From Candidatus Woesearchaeota archaeon (lineage in GTDB: Archaea; Nanobdellota; Nanobdellia; UBA10117), in assembly GCA_964354105.1 (NCBI GenBank), contig CAYGXM010000006.1, forward strand, positions 1-50,940: a stretch of 50,940 nt of DNA, in the 5' to 3' direction. The notes under the pieces are model-generated. The model saw nothing but the letters and a program-made list of their open reading frames with translations, did not search any database and was not told the origin of the DNA. Positions 37,844 to 46,662 of the stretch are shown here, piece by piece. Position numbers and translations under genes: made by a program. How positions within the stretch are numbered: the first letter of the stretch is position 1; the number at the start of each line of letters is the position of its first letter.

Positions 37844-38569
37844 ATGGCCACAAATCGTCCGATAACAACATTATTTATGCTATCTTCAGTAGATGGAAAA
37901 ATATCTACTGGCGATATTGACCAACGCGATGTCGACAAAGATTTTCCTAAAATTGCTGGAATAAAGGAAGGACTATATCAATATTATAATTTAGAGAAGA
38001 AAACTGATTTCTGGTCTCTTAATACTGGAAGAGTAATGTCTAAAATTGGATTAAACGAGAAAAAAGATTACCGCCCGAAAAATAATACTCTTAGATTTGT
38101 TATTATCGATAATAAACCGCATCTAAAAAAGAGCGGAATTACGTATTTAACAAGATGGTTAGGCACTTTATACCTAATAACAAATAATAAAAAACACCCT
38201 GCTTTTGAAATGCAAAAGAAATTAGATAATTTAATAATTATCTACTATCCCAAAAGAATTAGTTTTGAAAATTTATTTGCTAAATTAAAAAATAAATATG
38301 GATGCAAAAGATTAACTATACAATCTGGCGGTTCACTAAATGCAATTCTTCTAAGAAAAGGATTAATCGACCATATTTCTGTAGTGATTGCCCCCGCCTT
38401 AATCGGAGGACGACATACATCTACATTAATTGATGGTGAGTCACTTCGTATGGAAAAAGAATTATCCCACATCAAAGCGCTTAAGTTAAAGAAATGCGCA
38501 GTCCTAAAACATTCATACTTGCACATACTATACGACATTATTAATAAGACGAAGATAAGCAAGGTTTAA
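37844..38569 (+). CDS. RibD C-terminal/DHFR-like reductase
   Basis: SVDGKIS, IQSGGSLN, GLID...APALIGG. Confidence 0.85.
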   Translation: MATNRPITTLFMLSSVDGKISTGDIDQRDVDKDFPKIAGIKEGLYQYYNLEKKTDFWSLNTGRVMSKIGLNEKKDYRPKNNTLRFVIIDNKPHLKKSGITYLTRWLGTLYLITNNKKHPAFEMQKKLDNLIIIYYPKRISFENLFAKLKNKYGCKRLTIQSGGSLNAILLRKGLIDHISVVIAPALIGGRHTSTLIDGESLRMEKELSHIKALKLKKCAVLKHSYLHILYDIINKTKISKV

Positions 38570-38593
38570 ATTCCCAATCAGATATCCTTAGTT

Positions 38594-39253
38594 ATGCCAC
38601 ACAAGCTATCTCCATCAGCATTAAACCTGTTCAAGGACTGCCCTAGATGCTTCTGGCTTGATAAGGTTAAAGGCATCAAGAGGCCTGAAGGCATATTTCC
38701 CAGCCTTCCAAGCGGAATCGATAAAGTCCTGAAAGCTCATTTTGACAAGCACAGAGCCAAGAATGAAATCCCTAAAGAGCTGGATTTGAAGGATGTAAAG
38801 CTCTTTGACGATACTGAAAAGCTGAAAGTCTGGACAGCCAATCTCAAAGGCATTCCCTATACAGACAAGGATGGCAACATATTGCGCGGGGCAGTAGATG
38901 AAGTCCTGGTTAATACAAAAAACAACAAGCTCATAGTCCTAGACTTCAAAACAAGAGGGTTTCCCTGCAAGGATGACACTCACGAGCATTATATTGACCA
39001 ATTAAACATCTATAACTATCTTCTAAGGAAAAACAATTACGAGACAGAAGATTATGGCTATCTCATGTTCTTCCATCCAAAAGAGCTGACAGAAAAAGCT
39101 ACATTCATCTTCAACATAGACCTGATGAAAATCCCCACAGACATAAAGAGAGCAGAGCAGCTATGGAAAGCGGCGATTGAATGCCTTAATGGCAAGATGC
39201 CCGCTCCTAGCAAAGAGTGTGGGTATTGCGGTTGGGAAAGAGTTAGTAATTGA
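38594..39253 (+). CDS. PD-(D/E)XK nuclease, Cas4/RecB-like
   Basis: LSPS..DCPRCFW, GAVD, VLDFKT, QLNIY, C-terminal CGYC. Confidence 0.88.
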   Translation: MPHKLSPSALNLFKDCPRCFWLDKVKGIKRPEGIFPSLPSGIDKVLKAHFDKHRAKNEIPKELDLKDVKLFDDTEKLKVWTANLKGIPYTDKDGNILRGAVDEVLVNTKNNKLIVLDFKTRGFPCKDDTHEHYIDQLNIYNYLLRKNNYETEDYGYLMFFHPKELTEKATFIFNIDLMKIPTDIKRAEQLWKAAIECLNGKMPAPSKECGYCGWERVSN

Positions 39254-39287
39254 AAACCTTATAAATTAACAAGTTTCTTACATTTTT

Positions 39288-40064
39288 ATGTGGATAAATG
39301 AATTAAGAAATAGGGAGTTTTCTAATTATTGCGAATACCTTGCTTGCTCGAAATTAAAAGATCTGGGTTGGAAAGTTTTCCGTCCTTTGATAGATAGATA
39401 TGTCGATATAGTTGCTATTAAAAAAATAGAGGGCAAAACAATCTTAAGAACTATCCAAGTTAAAGGTTCTCGCATAGAAAATAAAGATATTTCCGAAGGC
39501 GAATCTTATGGTTTTACCCACGAGCCTAAGGATTTATTACACTCCGGCGAGCATTTTTTTATTTGGGTACTAATCAATAACATGGGTGAAGCTAATTTCT
39601 TTATAGTCCCTATTGATGAATTCATAAAAATCAGAGGGGAATACTTGCCGAGTAGCAAACGGAGAGAGCATCCTTCTCTCTTAATGAGAAATGAATGGCG
39701 ATATGGCACAGATAGAATGCATCCTTATTTTTGGAAAAACAAATCCGATGATGCGTATAAGCGAAGAGTTGTAAAGTATAAAAATATATTTTCTATAAAA
39801 AGTCCTTCTTGGGAGATCGAAGGTTCTGTAATTGATAATTTTCTAAATAATTGGGGCTTATTAGATTTAAATAGACTCAATTGCTCGAAAAAAGCAATAA
39901 AATCGCAAGAAATTAACAAAAATTGGAGCTCTAGCGATAAAAAAGTTATGCGAATATGGATTCATAATAATAAAAAAGCTTATCAAAAATTAGCTAAAAA
40001 TAAAATTGCTCTAATTGGGAGCAAAAAATTAGACGACACTGGATTTCCGGAGCGACATGGCTAA
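39288..40064 (+). CDS. putative restriction endonuclease (PD-(D/E)XK)
   Basis: E..A..L...GWKVFRP..D..VDIVA...IQVK; convergent with a DNA methyltransferase. Confidence 0.65.
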   Translation: MWINELRNREFSNYCEYLACSKLKDLGWKVFRPLIDRYVDIVAIKKIEGKTILRTIQVKGSRIENKDISEGESYGFTHEPKDLLHSGEHFFIWVLINNMGEANFFIVPIDEFIKIRGEYLPSSKRREHPSLLMRNEWRYGTDRMHPYFWKNKSDDAYKRRVVKYKNIFSIKSPSWEIEGSVIDNFLNNWGLLDLNRLNCSKKAIKSQEINKNWSSSDKKVMRIWIHNNKKAYQKLAKNKIALIGSKKLDDTGFPERHG

Positions 40065-40452
40065 AAAAGCTGTTAAAAGTAAATTACTCGACTTGTTTAA
40101 AGAAACAGTTAAACCAAATAATTGGGAAATTTACCTTCCTTTTGAAGATAGTCATGAATATCTTCTCTTAAGACCTATATGTTCAAAATGTAAAAAATCC
40201 TGGCTCGTAGATAGAAAAGAATGTTTTTATTGCAAAACAAAATATTTTAGAGTAAAAACATGTCCTACTTGCTCAACAATATATCCTGAAAATGTTCCAC
40301 GATGTTCAAAAGATAAATCAACTAATGTTAAAATGTGTTTAAATTGCCGAAAGATAGATTCTGAACGAAATGTAGTATTTGTTCCCATTACATTTTGTTG
40401 GTTTTGTGGAAACCGAGAAAATGAATTTGAATGGAAATTAGTTACTATTTAA
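40057..40452 (+). CDS. Cys-rich multi-zinc-finger protein
   Basis: Five CxxC pairs in 131 aa; overlaps the nuclease stop. Confidence 0.75.
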   Translation: MAKKAVKSKLLDLFKETVKPNNWEIYLPFEDSHEYLLLRPICSKCKKSWLVDRKECFYCKTKYFRVKTCPTCSTIYPENVPRCSKDKSTNVKMCLNCRKIDSERNVVFVPITFCWFCGNRENEFEWKLVTI

Positions 40453-41537
40453 TCTTTATTTTCCACATATTTATCCTTGCTGAATATTTTTGACGCGCGT
40501 ACATGTAAGATTTTTCCGTGAATGTCTTTTAATTTTAATACTTCCAAAGTATGTTCTTCGCCGTCTAAAGTTCTTTGTTTAGTTTTTTCTTTTAATCTTT
40601 TAGCGCCAAGGTCAATAAATTCTTTTGTGATGTCTATTCCAACACTATTTCTACCATTTTTCATCGCAACCAAAGACGTTGTAAAGCTTCCTGCGAAAGG
40701 ATCTAATACGGTATCGCCTTTATAGGTGTATGCTTTTATCGCAAATTCAGGTATATCTTCGGGGAATGGTGCGCTGTGACCTAATTTATTTTGCCCATTG
40801 AACATTTTAATAACTGGTGAAAAAGATACTATATCTTTTCTCCATTTTTGAAGTAATTCTTTTTCAATTTTATTTTCTTCAGTTTTGCCGGAATCCATCA
40901 TTATAGAACGCGCAGAATATCTTTTCCCTCTATTTCCAGCACTACGATGTTTACAATTTTCGTTATTACACTCCCAGCTTTGCACATTAATTTCAGATTG
41001 ACTATTATTTTGTACATGATTTGTTCCACATTCAGGGCAAGGCAATCTGGTCGAATCTAAAACGTGTTTATGAAATATGAGAATATGCTCATAACAGTTT
41101 ACAGGGTAATGATAAAATGGATAGGGTTCGTGCATATGTCTAAAACTTTGTGGTTCTCCCTTATGCCATACAAAATCATCAACATATTGGAATCCTATTT
41201 CTTGGCACATCATGGTAAATAATGCGCCTAAAGGAATTCTTTGATTTGTCCAAGGCTGTTTACCAATCTGACAATTAACGTCGCCGACATTTAGAACGAA
41301 AACGTGATGATTATCCAAAACTCTAAAAACTTCGATAAATATATTCTTCATATCGTCAAGATATGCTTGTAATGTTGGCCACTGAGAATATTCTCTCGCA
41401 TTAAAATAAGGTGGAGAAGTTACTGCAAGATGTATGGAATTATCTGAAAAGGATTTTAATGCTAGCTTGCTATCTCCTAAAATGAGTTTATGGTCAGTCA
41501 TGTTTGCACCTCTAAATCTTTTGTTGTAATCTGCCAT
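40449..41537 (-). CDS. site-specific DNA methyltransferase (N4-C/N6-A, beta-type motif order) with internal Zn ribbon
   Basis: TSPPY precedes HSAPFP and DPFAGS; insert CPECG...WECNNENC. Confidence 0.92.
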   Translation of the reverse strand: MADYNKRFRGANMTDHKLILGDSKLALKSFSDNSIHLAVTSPPYFNAREYSQWPTLQAYLDDMKNIFIEVFRVLDNHHVFVLNVGDVNCQIGKQPWTNQRIPLGALFTMMCQEIGFQYVDDFVWHKGEPQSFRHMHEPYPFYHYPVNCYEHILIFHKHVLDSTRLPCPECGTNHVQNNSQSEINVQSWECNNENCKHRSAGNRGKRYSARSIMMDSGKTEENKIEKELLQKWRKDIVSFSPVIKMFNGQNKLGHSAPFPEDIPEFAIKAYTYKGDTVLDPFAGSFTTSLVAMKNGRNSVGIDITKEFIDLGAKRLKEKTKQRTLDGEEHTLEVLKLKDIHGKILHVRASKIFSKDKYVENKD

Positions 41538-41538
41538 A

Positions 41539-41667
41539 TTAATCTTTTGCCTCCCAGAACGCAGGATGCAACCATATCAATATTGCAACTGATAGCCAAA
41601 GCACTGCGGCCACCAGAACGTTCAAAACTTCCCTAGGAAGCGACTCTAACAATAAACAAAGCCCCAT
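41539..41667 (-). CDS. possible small hydrophobic peptide
   Basis: 42-aa ORF from ATG 41667 with one TM stretch, abutting the MTase start. Confidence 0.35.
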   Translation of the reverse strand: MGLCLLLESLPREVLNVLVAAVLWLSVAILIWLHPAFWEAKD

Positions 41668-41670
41668 ACC

Positions 41671-41725
41671 TATATACGTATATACGTGCATATATTTAAA
41701 TGTTTCTATCATAAGTATATACGTA
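41671..41725. promoter_or_regulatory. TATACGT(A) repeats/palindromes, candidate RHH operator
   Basis: TATATACGTATATA palindrome, an overlapping TATACGTG copy and GTATATACGTA reaching the RHH start codon. Confidence 0.55.
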
Positions 41726-41862
41726 TGGCTGAAAAGCAAAAATTCACAACAACAATCGACAAGAAACTGCTAAACGAGGTCAAAAAGAAAGCCATAGACC
41801 TTAATCAAGATGTCAATGAAATTCTCGAAATGCTACTTAAAGACTGGCTGAAGAAACACTAA
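41725..41862 (+). CDS. ribbon-helix-helix protein (absent from the ORF track)
   Basis: MAEKQKFTTTIDKKLLNEVKKKAIDLNQDVNEILEMLLKDWLKKH. Confidence 0.8.
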   Translation: MAEKQKFTTTIDKKLLNEVKKKAIDLNQDVNEILEMLLKDWLKKH

Positions 41863-42611
41863 TTCTCTAAATTGGCTAAGAAATCTTGAACTGCTATTCT
41901 TATGTTATCCGCATACTTATCTATATCTGCTTGTTTTAAATTAATTCGAGGATTATGTGCTGCCGTACCACCATATAATTTTATCTTGTGTAAAACATCT
42001 TTGGTCACTCTACCTAGTTTTATTTTTGATTGATTCAGACATTTTGGTATTAGATCACGTAACATGAAATAATTTTTATTAGAATCTTTTATTTCTTCTT
42101 CAATACCTAGTTTTTCATAGACTTCAATTATCAAGGTTTCTATAAGTTTTCTAACCATAGTATAACAAGCATCATAATAGCTGTCACTATAACAACCATT
42201 AATCTGGTAAGTAGTTTGTTTAATGTAACCCTTAGAATTTTCCACTAATTCGGGCGGCACCACAAATTTGGAAAATTTTTTAATTTTCGGAGCAAAGAAG
42301 CCTAGTGCTTGAAGACCTTCTTCTTGTATAGTATACTTCTTACTCTTATCTTCCCATTTCACATCAACATATTCACTAGACTTTAGCGCTATTTCAACTG
42401 CTTGGCGCGTTATCTTTACCCCAAACTTTCTATTGCCTATCTCCGCAATTTCAGATGCGGTAAGGCCATTTACGCTAAACTCTAATTTCGCAACCCCTAA
42501 AACATACAAAGCCTTGAAAAGTGCTGTGTTGAAGTTTTTAATTGGAGGATACTTAGCCTTATCAAATTCTTTACTTAGTAGATTTTTTATTTGTTCTGCC
42601 ATCTGTTTCAA
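41859..42611 (-). CDS. wHTH plus DUF4145/HEPN-like domain protein
   Basis: GLTASEIA...VKITRQAV N-terminal HTH; CY..YYDACYTMVRKLIE...GTAAH C-terminal domain. Confidence 0.7.
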   Translation of the reverse strand: MKQMAEQIKNLLSKEFDKAKYPPIKNFNTALFKALYVLGVAKLEFSVNGLTASEIAEIGNRKFGVKITRQAVEIALKSSEYVDVKWEDKSKKYTIQEEGLQALGFFAPKIKKFSKFVVPPELVENSKGYIKQTTYQINGCYSDSYYDACYTMVRKLIETLIIEVYEKLGIEEEIKDSNKNYFMLRDLIPKCLNQSKIKLGRVTKDVLHKIKLYGGTAAHNPRINLKQADIDKYADNIRIAVQDFLANLEN

Positions 42612-42972
42612 TTAGCTCCTTAATTCTTATTAAATTATAATTGGGCACAAAATAGCCGTTTTCATCTTTATTAACAAAAGACCCAAGCCTTTCTAAACAC
42701 TTACTTAGATTTCCTATTTTAATGCCTGTTTTTTGAGAGATTTCGGTGTTTGACGCAGATTCGACGTCTATAAGCTGTTTAAGTTTCATTACTTTGCGGG
42801 CTAACAGATACAAAACTATTTGTGCATTCTGTGTAAGTTTAAAATAGTCTTTTTCGAATATAACTTCGCAGTCATCAGTTATACGTAGATATCTAAGTAA
42901 AATATCCTTAAGCAAACTCTTGTCTAATGCTTGTTTCTTACTTATTACAATTTCGTCTAATTCATCAACCAT
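42571..42972 (-). CDS. winged-helix protein
   Basis: YLLARK...SNTEISQKTGIKIGNLSKCLERL...GYFVP. Confidence 0.7.
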   Translation of the reverse strand: MVDELDEIVISKKQALDKSLLKDILLRYLRITDDCEVIFEKDYFKLTQNAQIVLYLLARKVMKLKQLIDVESASNTEISQKTGIKIGNLSKCLERLGSFVNKDENGYFVPNYNLIRIKELIETDGRTNKKSTK

Positions 42973-42973
42973 T

Positions 42974-43297
42974 TCACTTCCTCACAACATATTTCCAAAC
43001 TCCACTTTCTTTAACTCTTGTAAGCTGTCTTTTACTCTTCATAAAATCTCTGCGGAGTATGGTGCTAATTGTATCAAATCTATAGAAATATCCTTGGCGT
43101 TCCATTTCCTGCTTAACTTCAAGTATGCTCTTAGGAACCGCAAGAAAATCATCTGCGATTAATCTGGCAATAGCTCCTGAAGGTCCAGAATAAATTTTGC
43201 TTGCTAATTTTTTAACAATTTTTGCGGGCGAACCTTCTAGTGCAACAATTCGGTTCTCTAGCTCCCTGAGCTTGCCTTCGATATAACTGATGTCCAA
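42974..43297 (-). CDS. winged-helix protein with N-terminal coiled coil
   Basis: LIADDFLAVPKSILEVKQEMERQGY...LTRVK..WKY. Confidence 0.7.
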   Translation of the reverse strand: MDISYIEGKLRELENRIVALEGSPAKIVKKLASKIYSGPSGAIARLIADDFLAVPKSILEVKQEMERQGYFYRFDTISTILRRDFMKSKRQLTRVKESGVWKYVVRK

Positions 43298-43343
43298 TTT
43301 AGCACCTCTGACAGTATTAGTATAGTAAAGTATTTAAACCTTT

Positions 43344-43706
43344 TCATGAATGATTTACGGTATATTTATAATGTTTGGCAGCTCCTTCTCTACTTATTTC
43401 TCCTCTCCGCACCATAAATAATAACACAGGAGATATTTCAGAAAGCTTAACGGAGTACCCTTTCATACTTAATTGTTCAGCTACTTCGTTTATGCTTCTT
43501 GGGGGGCTGAAAAAGCCAATTTTTATAAGTTCGCGTACCTTATCCGTAACGGAATTTGCTAACGTTCTCTTGGTCGGCTTCTTATTGATTTCTTTAGCAG
43601 GCAATTGGTGCGATTTAAAATATTCCAGTAAATGCTTAACTTCGTCTATTTCGCCTTTTATAATTACTTTCATTCCATCCTTGGTTAAAATTTCTGCTTC
43701 TGCCAT
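43344..43706 (-). CDS. winged-helix protein
   Basis: LIKIGFFSPPRSINEVAEQL..KGY...ISRE...YKY; similar to 42974-43297. Confidence 0.72.
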   Translation of the reverse strand: MAEAEILTKDGMKVIIKGEIDEVKHLLEYFKSHQLPAKEINKKPTKRTLANSVTDKVRELIKIGFFSPPRSINEVAEQLSMKGYSVKLSEISPVLLFMVRRGEISREGAAKHYKYTVNHS

Positions 43707-43884
43707 ATCTTTTATGTTAAATTATGTTATAAAAGCATTTCTATTCATAAGTAAACAGTTATATGTCTATTTCAGTTAGCATACTGCACTTGTCCGAATT
43801 ACAATATTAGACTACGGTAACAATTAGGGGCTTGCATAAAAAGCCTACCGACACACTTTTAACCAGCATTAAGCTTTAGATCAT

Positions 43885-43965
43885 ATGGCCCCCAATTCCC
43901 ACACATTAAGCAACCTAATCTTAAATCAGGCAGGCGGCTCAGAATTCGGCGTCATTGGGAACTGA
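43885..43965 (+). pseudogene. 26-codon 5' fragment paralogous to the gene at 45179
   Basis: MAPNSHTLSNLILNQAGGSEFGVIGN* vs MATNHSISNILLGQAGGSEFGIIGN. Confidence 0.75.
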
Positions 43966-44022
43966 AAGTGACGGAAAACCTAAACTAACATTATGAGATT
44001 CCCTTTCAATTAGTCCGTTATT

Positions 44023-44424
44023 CTATTGCAAAATTTCTATGAATTCCGAAGGGCTAACAATCTTCACACCTTTGAATTCTTTTATGGCTAACAGATGCTT
44101 GTCTCCAGATACTATAAATTTGGCTTTTCCTGCAACTGCCGCATCAAGGAACTTATTATCATCCGGATCTTCTTTTATTGCTGTAAACCTAATTTGAGGC
44201 AAGGCTATCAAGGATTCACATATTGCAAAACGCGTCCAGAACTCCACTAAATCTGCACCTAACTTGCCCTTGAATTCGTTTAGAACCCTGTGCAGCTCAT
44301 AAATACATTCCAGGGATGTTACCAGCTCAAAATCTCTGTTCTGGGCGGCACTTATAATCTGCCCGGGAACACCGCCCCAGAAAATTCCAGATATGAATAT
44401 ATTGGTATCAAGAACTATGCGCAT
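44023..44424 (-). CDS. PIN-domain toxin (VapC-like)
   Basis: MRIVLDTNIFIS, EDPDDNKFL, IVSGDKHLL. Confidence 0.92.
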   Translation of the reverse strand: MRIVLDTNIFISGIFWGGVPGQIISAAQNRDFELVTSLECIYELHRVLNEFKGKLGADLVEFWTRFAICESLIALPQIRFTAIKEDPDDNKFLDAAVAGKAKFIVSGDKHLLAIKEFKGVKIVSPSEFIEILQ

Positions 44425-44686
44425 GCCGAACCTTAGTTATTGCAACTTCCAAGTCTTTTGGCGTTATGCCTGCTTTTTTGACTGCATCTCTTGTAGCTTT
44501 AAGCATAGACTCGAATTTTTCTTTTGGGATGGGCCTGATTGCTTTTAGCAGTATAGTGTCTGCTTCCGCCATTACGAAAAATTTATCACCTTCTCCCAAG
44601 CCGAGCCTTTCCCGCACGTCCAGAGGCAGTACAACCTGCCCTCTTGAGGACATTGTTGTTGTTTCAACTTTAATTTGGCTTACCAT
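44408..44686 (-). CDS. AbrB/MazE/SpoVT family antitoxin
   Basis: MSSRGQVVLPLDVRERLGLGEGDK; overlaps the toxin start. Confidence 0.92.
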   Translation of the reverse strand: MVSQIKVETTTMSSRGQVVLPLDVRERLGLGEGDKFFVMAEADTILLKAIRPIPKEKFESMLKATRDAVKKAGITPKDLEVAITKVRHAHSS

Positions 44687-44702
44687 ATCTTACTAGTAAG
44701 AT
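44687..44702. promoter_or_regulatory. perfect 16-bp palindrome ATCTTACTAGTAAGAT, candidate TA operator
   Basis: Directly abuts the antitoxin start codon, downstream of TTTATAAA. Confidence 0.65.
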
Positions 44703-44843
44703 TTTCTTATTTATAAACTTTTCGCTGATGCTTGTAGTATATAACTTAGTTATGGGCTACAAATTAACACTTATTGCGTTTTTGTGGTCACCTCAAGGGT
44801 TATCTCTATAGACTTAAAAGCACAATCAGCATCTATCTCCATT

Positions 44844-45089
44844 TCATGGCTTGATGTAAGCAGCCCATAATTTACTGCATACTTGCCAAGCTTCTTTGTG
44901 CAGTCTTTTATTTATTTTTATGCATTTTGGACAAGTCACTAATGCCAAAGCAAAATCTTTTTCTTCCATCTCCAAGCTTTTGCTTTGATGTTGTTTGCAT
45001 AAATTCCAGCATATTAAAAAATCCTCTAAAGCTAATAGCTCTTTTTCATTAATAGTTATTGATACTCGTTTATTTTTACCTTTGGCCAT
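44844..45089 (-). CDS. small hypothetical protein with Cys/His motifs
   Basis: CKQH, CPKC. Confidence 0.55.
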   Translation of the reverse strand: MAKGKNKRVSITINEKELLALEDFLICWNLCKQHQSKSLEMEEKDFALALVTCPKCIKINKRLHKEAWQVCSKLWAAYIKP

Positions 45090-45178
45090 TTCAAAAATGC
45101 AAATCTCCTTTGATTTTAAACTGTTATGGTCAGTTCGCAGAACAATAATTTTTTAAGCAGCCCAACCATATAATCACT

Positions 45179-45829
45179 ATGGCCACAAATCATAGCATAT
45201 CTAATATCTTGCTGGGACAGGCCGGAGGCTCTGAGTTTGGCATTATTGGGAATGCCTTTGAGTTTTCAAGCTGGTTTAAGGAAAGATATGGCTATTATGT
45301 AAACAAGCCTGTTGCTTACATTAAATGTGCTTATTCTGGCGGGCAATCACAGCATAAGCTTGATGTCCTAACGCAGGGTTATCTTGTTCTTTGTGTTGAT
45401 CGCATAGTTTTCTTTTCAACTGTGCCTGGCATGAAATTTATCATAGAGATTCCCCTGCAAAACATCAACCGTGATTTGATGTTTGTTGAGGCTAAGGGAT
45501 TTGCTAGATTGGCCCTCACTACTCGTGATAGGGACAAGTTCCTGAGCATTTTGGAGCATATGGACATCACAAAGGAAAGCAAAAAGATACTGCAGAACCT
45601 TCCTGAAGAGACTGCTGCCCTTGCCCGGCAGAAATATTCCAAGAGAGATATCAATTATTTTGTTGAATCTGTAATTAACATCACAACTGTTATCAAGAAA
45701 AAGACATTGCAGATTCCTTACATGAGTTATTGGGGCCTGGAAAAACCTAAATTCTGGCTGGGGATAACATCGCCAGGCTTGAGTGAGTTTGTTTATGCCT
45801 GGGCTAAGCTTATGCTCAAAGGAGGTTAA
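45179..45829 (+). CDS. hypothetical protein
   Basis: 216-aa ORF; coding status supported by the conserved paralog fragment at 43885. Confidence 0.7.
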   Translation: MATNHSISNILLGQAGGSEFGIIGNAFEFSSWFKERYGYYVNKPVAYIKCAYSGGQSQHKLDVLTQGYLVLCVDRIVFFSTVPGMKFIIEIPLQNINRDLMFVEAKGFARLALTTRDRDKFLSILEHMDITKESKKILQNLPEETAALARQKYSKRDINYFVESVINITTVIKKKTLQIPYMSYWGLEKPKFWLGITSPGLSEFVYAWAKLMLKGG

Positions 45830-45830
45830 C

Positions 45831-46052
45831 ATGAAAGGTGAAGTTATAGAGAAGATAGCTGCATTGATGACTGCTGCATTCGGGCTGATTGCTGCGCTTG
45901 CTTGGAATGATGCCATAAAGAGCTTATTTGCTGTAGGGGGACCGCTCTATGTACTGGCAAAATATGGAGTCTGGGTATATGCAATCCTTGTAACAATAAT
46001 TGCAGTTGTAATAACTATCTACATAGGAAAGCTGGCACAAAAGGCAAAGTAA
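45831..46052 (+). CDS. small 2-TM membrane protein (DUF5654-like)
   Basis: AAFGLIAALAWNDAIK; GGAGG ribosome-binding site upstream. Confidence 0.8.
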   Translation: MKGEVIEKIAALMTAAFGLIAALAWNDAIKSLFAVGGPLYVLAKYGVWVYAILVTIIAVVITIYIGKLAQKAK

Positions 46053-46214
46053 TAGCTAAGCTTATGCTAAAGGACTAAAGCTAATGACTTTGCTATCTCT
46101 ATTGGCTGGAAAGCTAAAGTCCTGAAGCTTGAGCGGTAAGTTAAGTTTTCCTGACAGCAAGACATTCCCCTTTTCGTTTTCCGTTTCCCTTAAAAAACTT
46201 CTTTTTTAGGTATT

Positions 46215-46661
46215 ATGCATATGACCAAACCCAAGCCTGCTGTCAGCTATGACCTGTACAAGCTTTATCTGCAGGTTAAACTAAAATATCATTACACGCG
46301 AAAAAGCCCTATGCTGGAAAAACTCGCGGAGTTATTCGCACAGGACGATAATCTGGCGAAAAAAGCCTATGAGGAGCTGACGAAGGGCAAATTTGACAGG
46401 GATTCTGAAGCCGGCTCTGAAATTAAGTTTGACATGGTGCGCGATAAAGTAGTGAGCTCCTGCCCGAGCAGGTATGCAAACATATCCATAAAGAACGTGC
46501 AAGACAAGTTTTGGTCTTTCAGGGATGATTTGGAAGAGATTTGTTCATTAGAAGTCTGCAGCAGGACAGACAAGTGGTTATTTAAGACCTTGACAAGGCA
46601 GGCAGAAGAGGAAGCTCAAAGGGCCAGGGAGGCCAAAAAGGCCAAGAGAGCTAAAAAATAA
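46215..46661 (+). CDS. hypothetical protein
   Basis: 148-aa ORF. Confidence 0.6.
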   Translation: MHMTKPKPAVSYDLYKLYLQVKLKYHYTRKSPMLEKLAELFAQDDNLAKKAYEELTKGKFDRDSEAGSEIKFDMVRDKVVSSCPSRYANISIKNVQDKFWSFRDDLEEICSLEVCSRTDKWLFKTLTRQAEEEAQRAREAKKAKRAKK

Positions 46662-46662
46662 A

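Noticed and set aside
38594-39253. CRISPR-Cas locus
   Set aside because: Only a solo Cas4-like nuclease; no array or other cas genes in the window.
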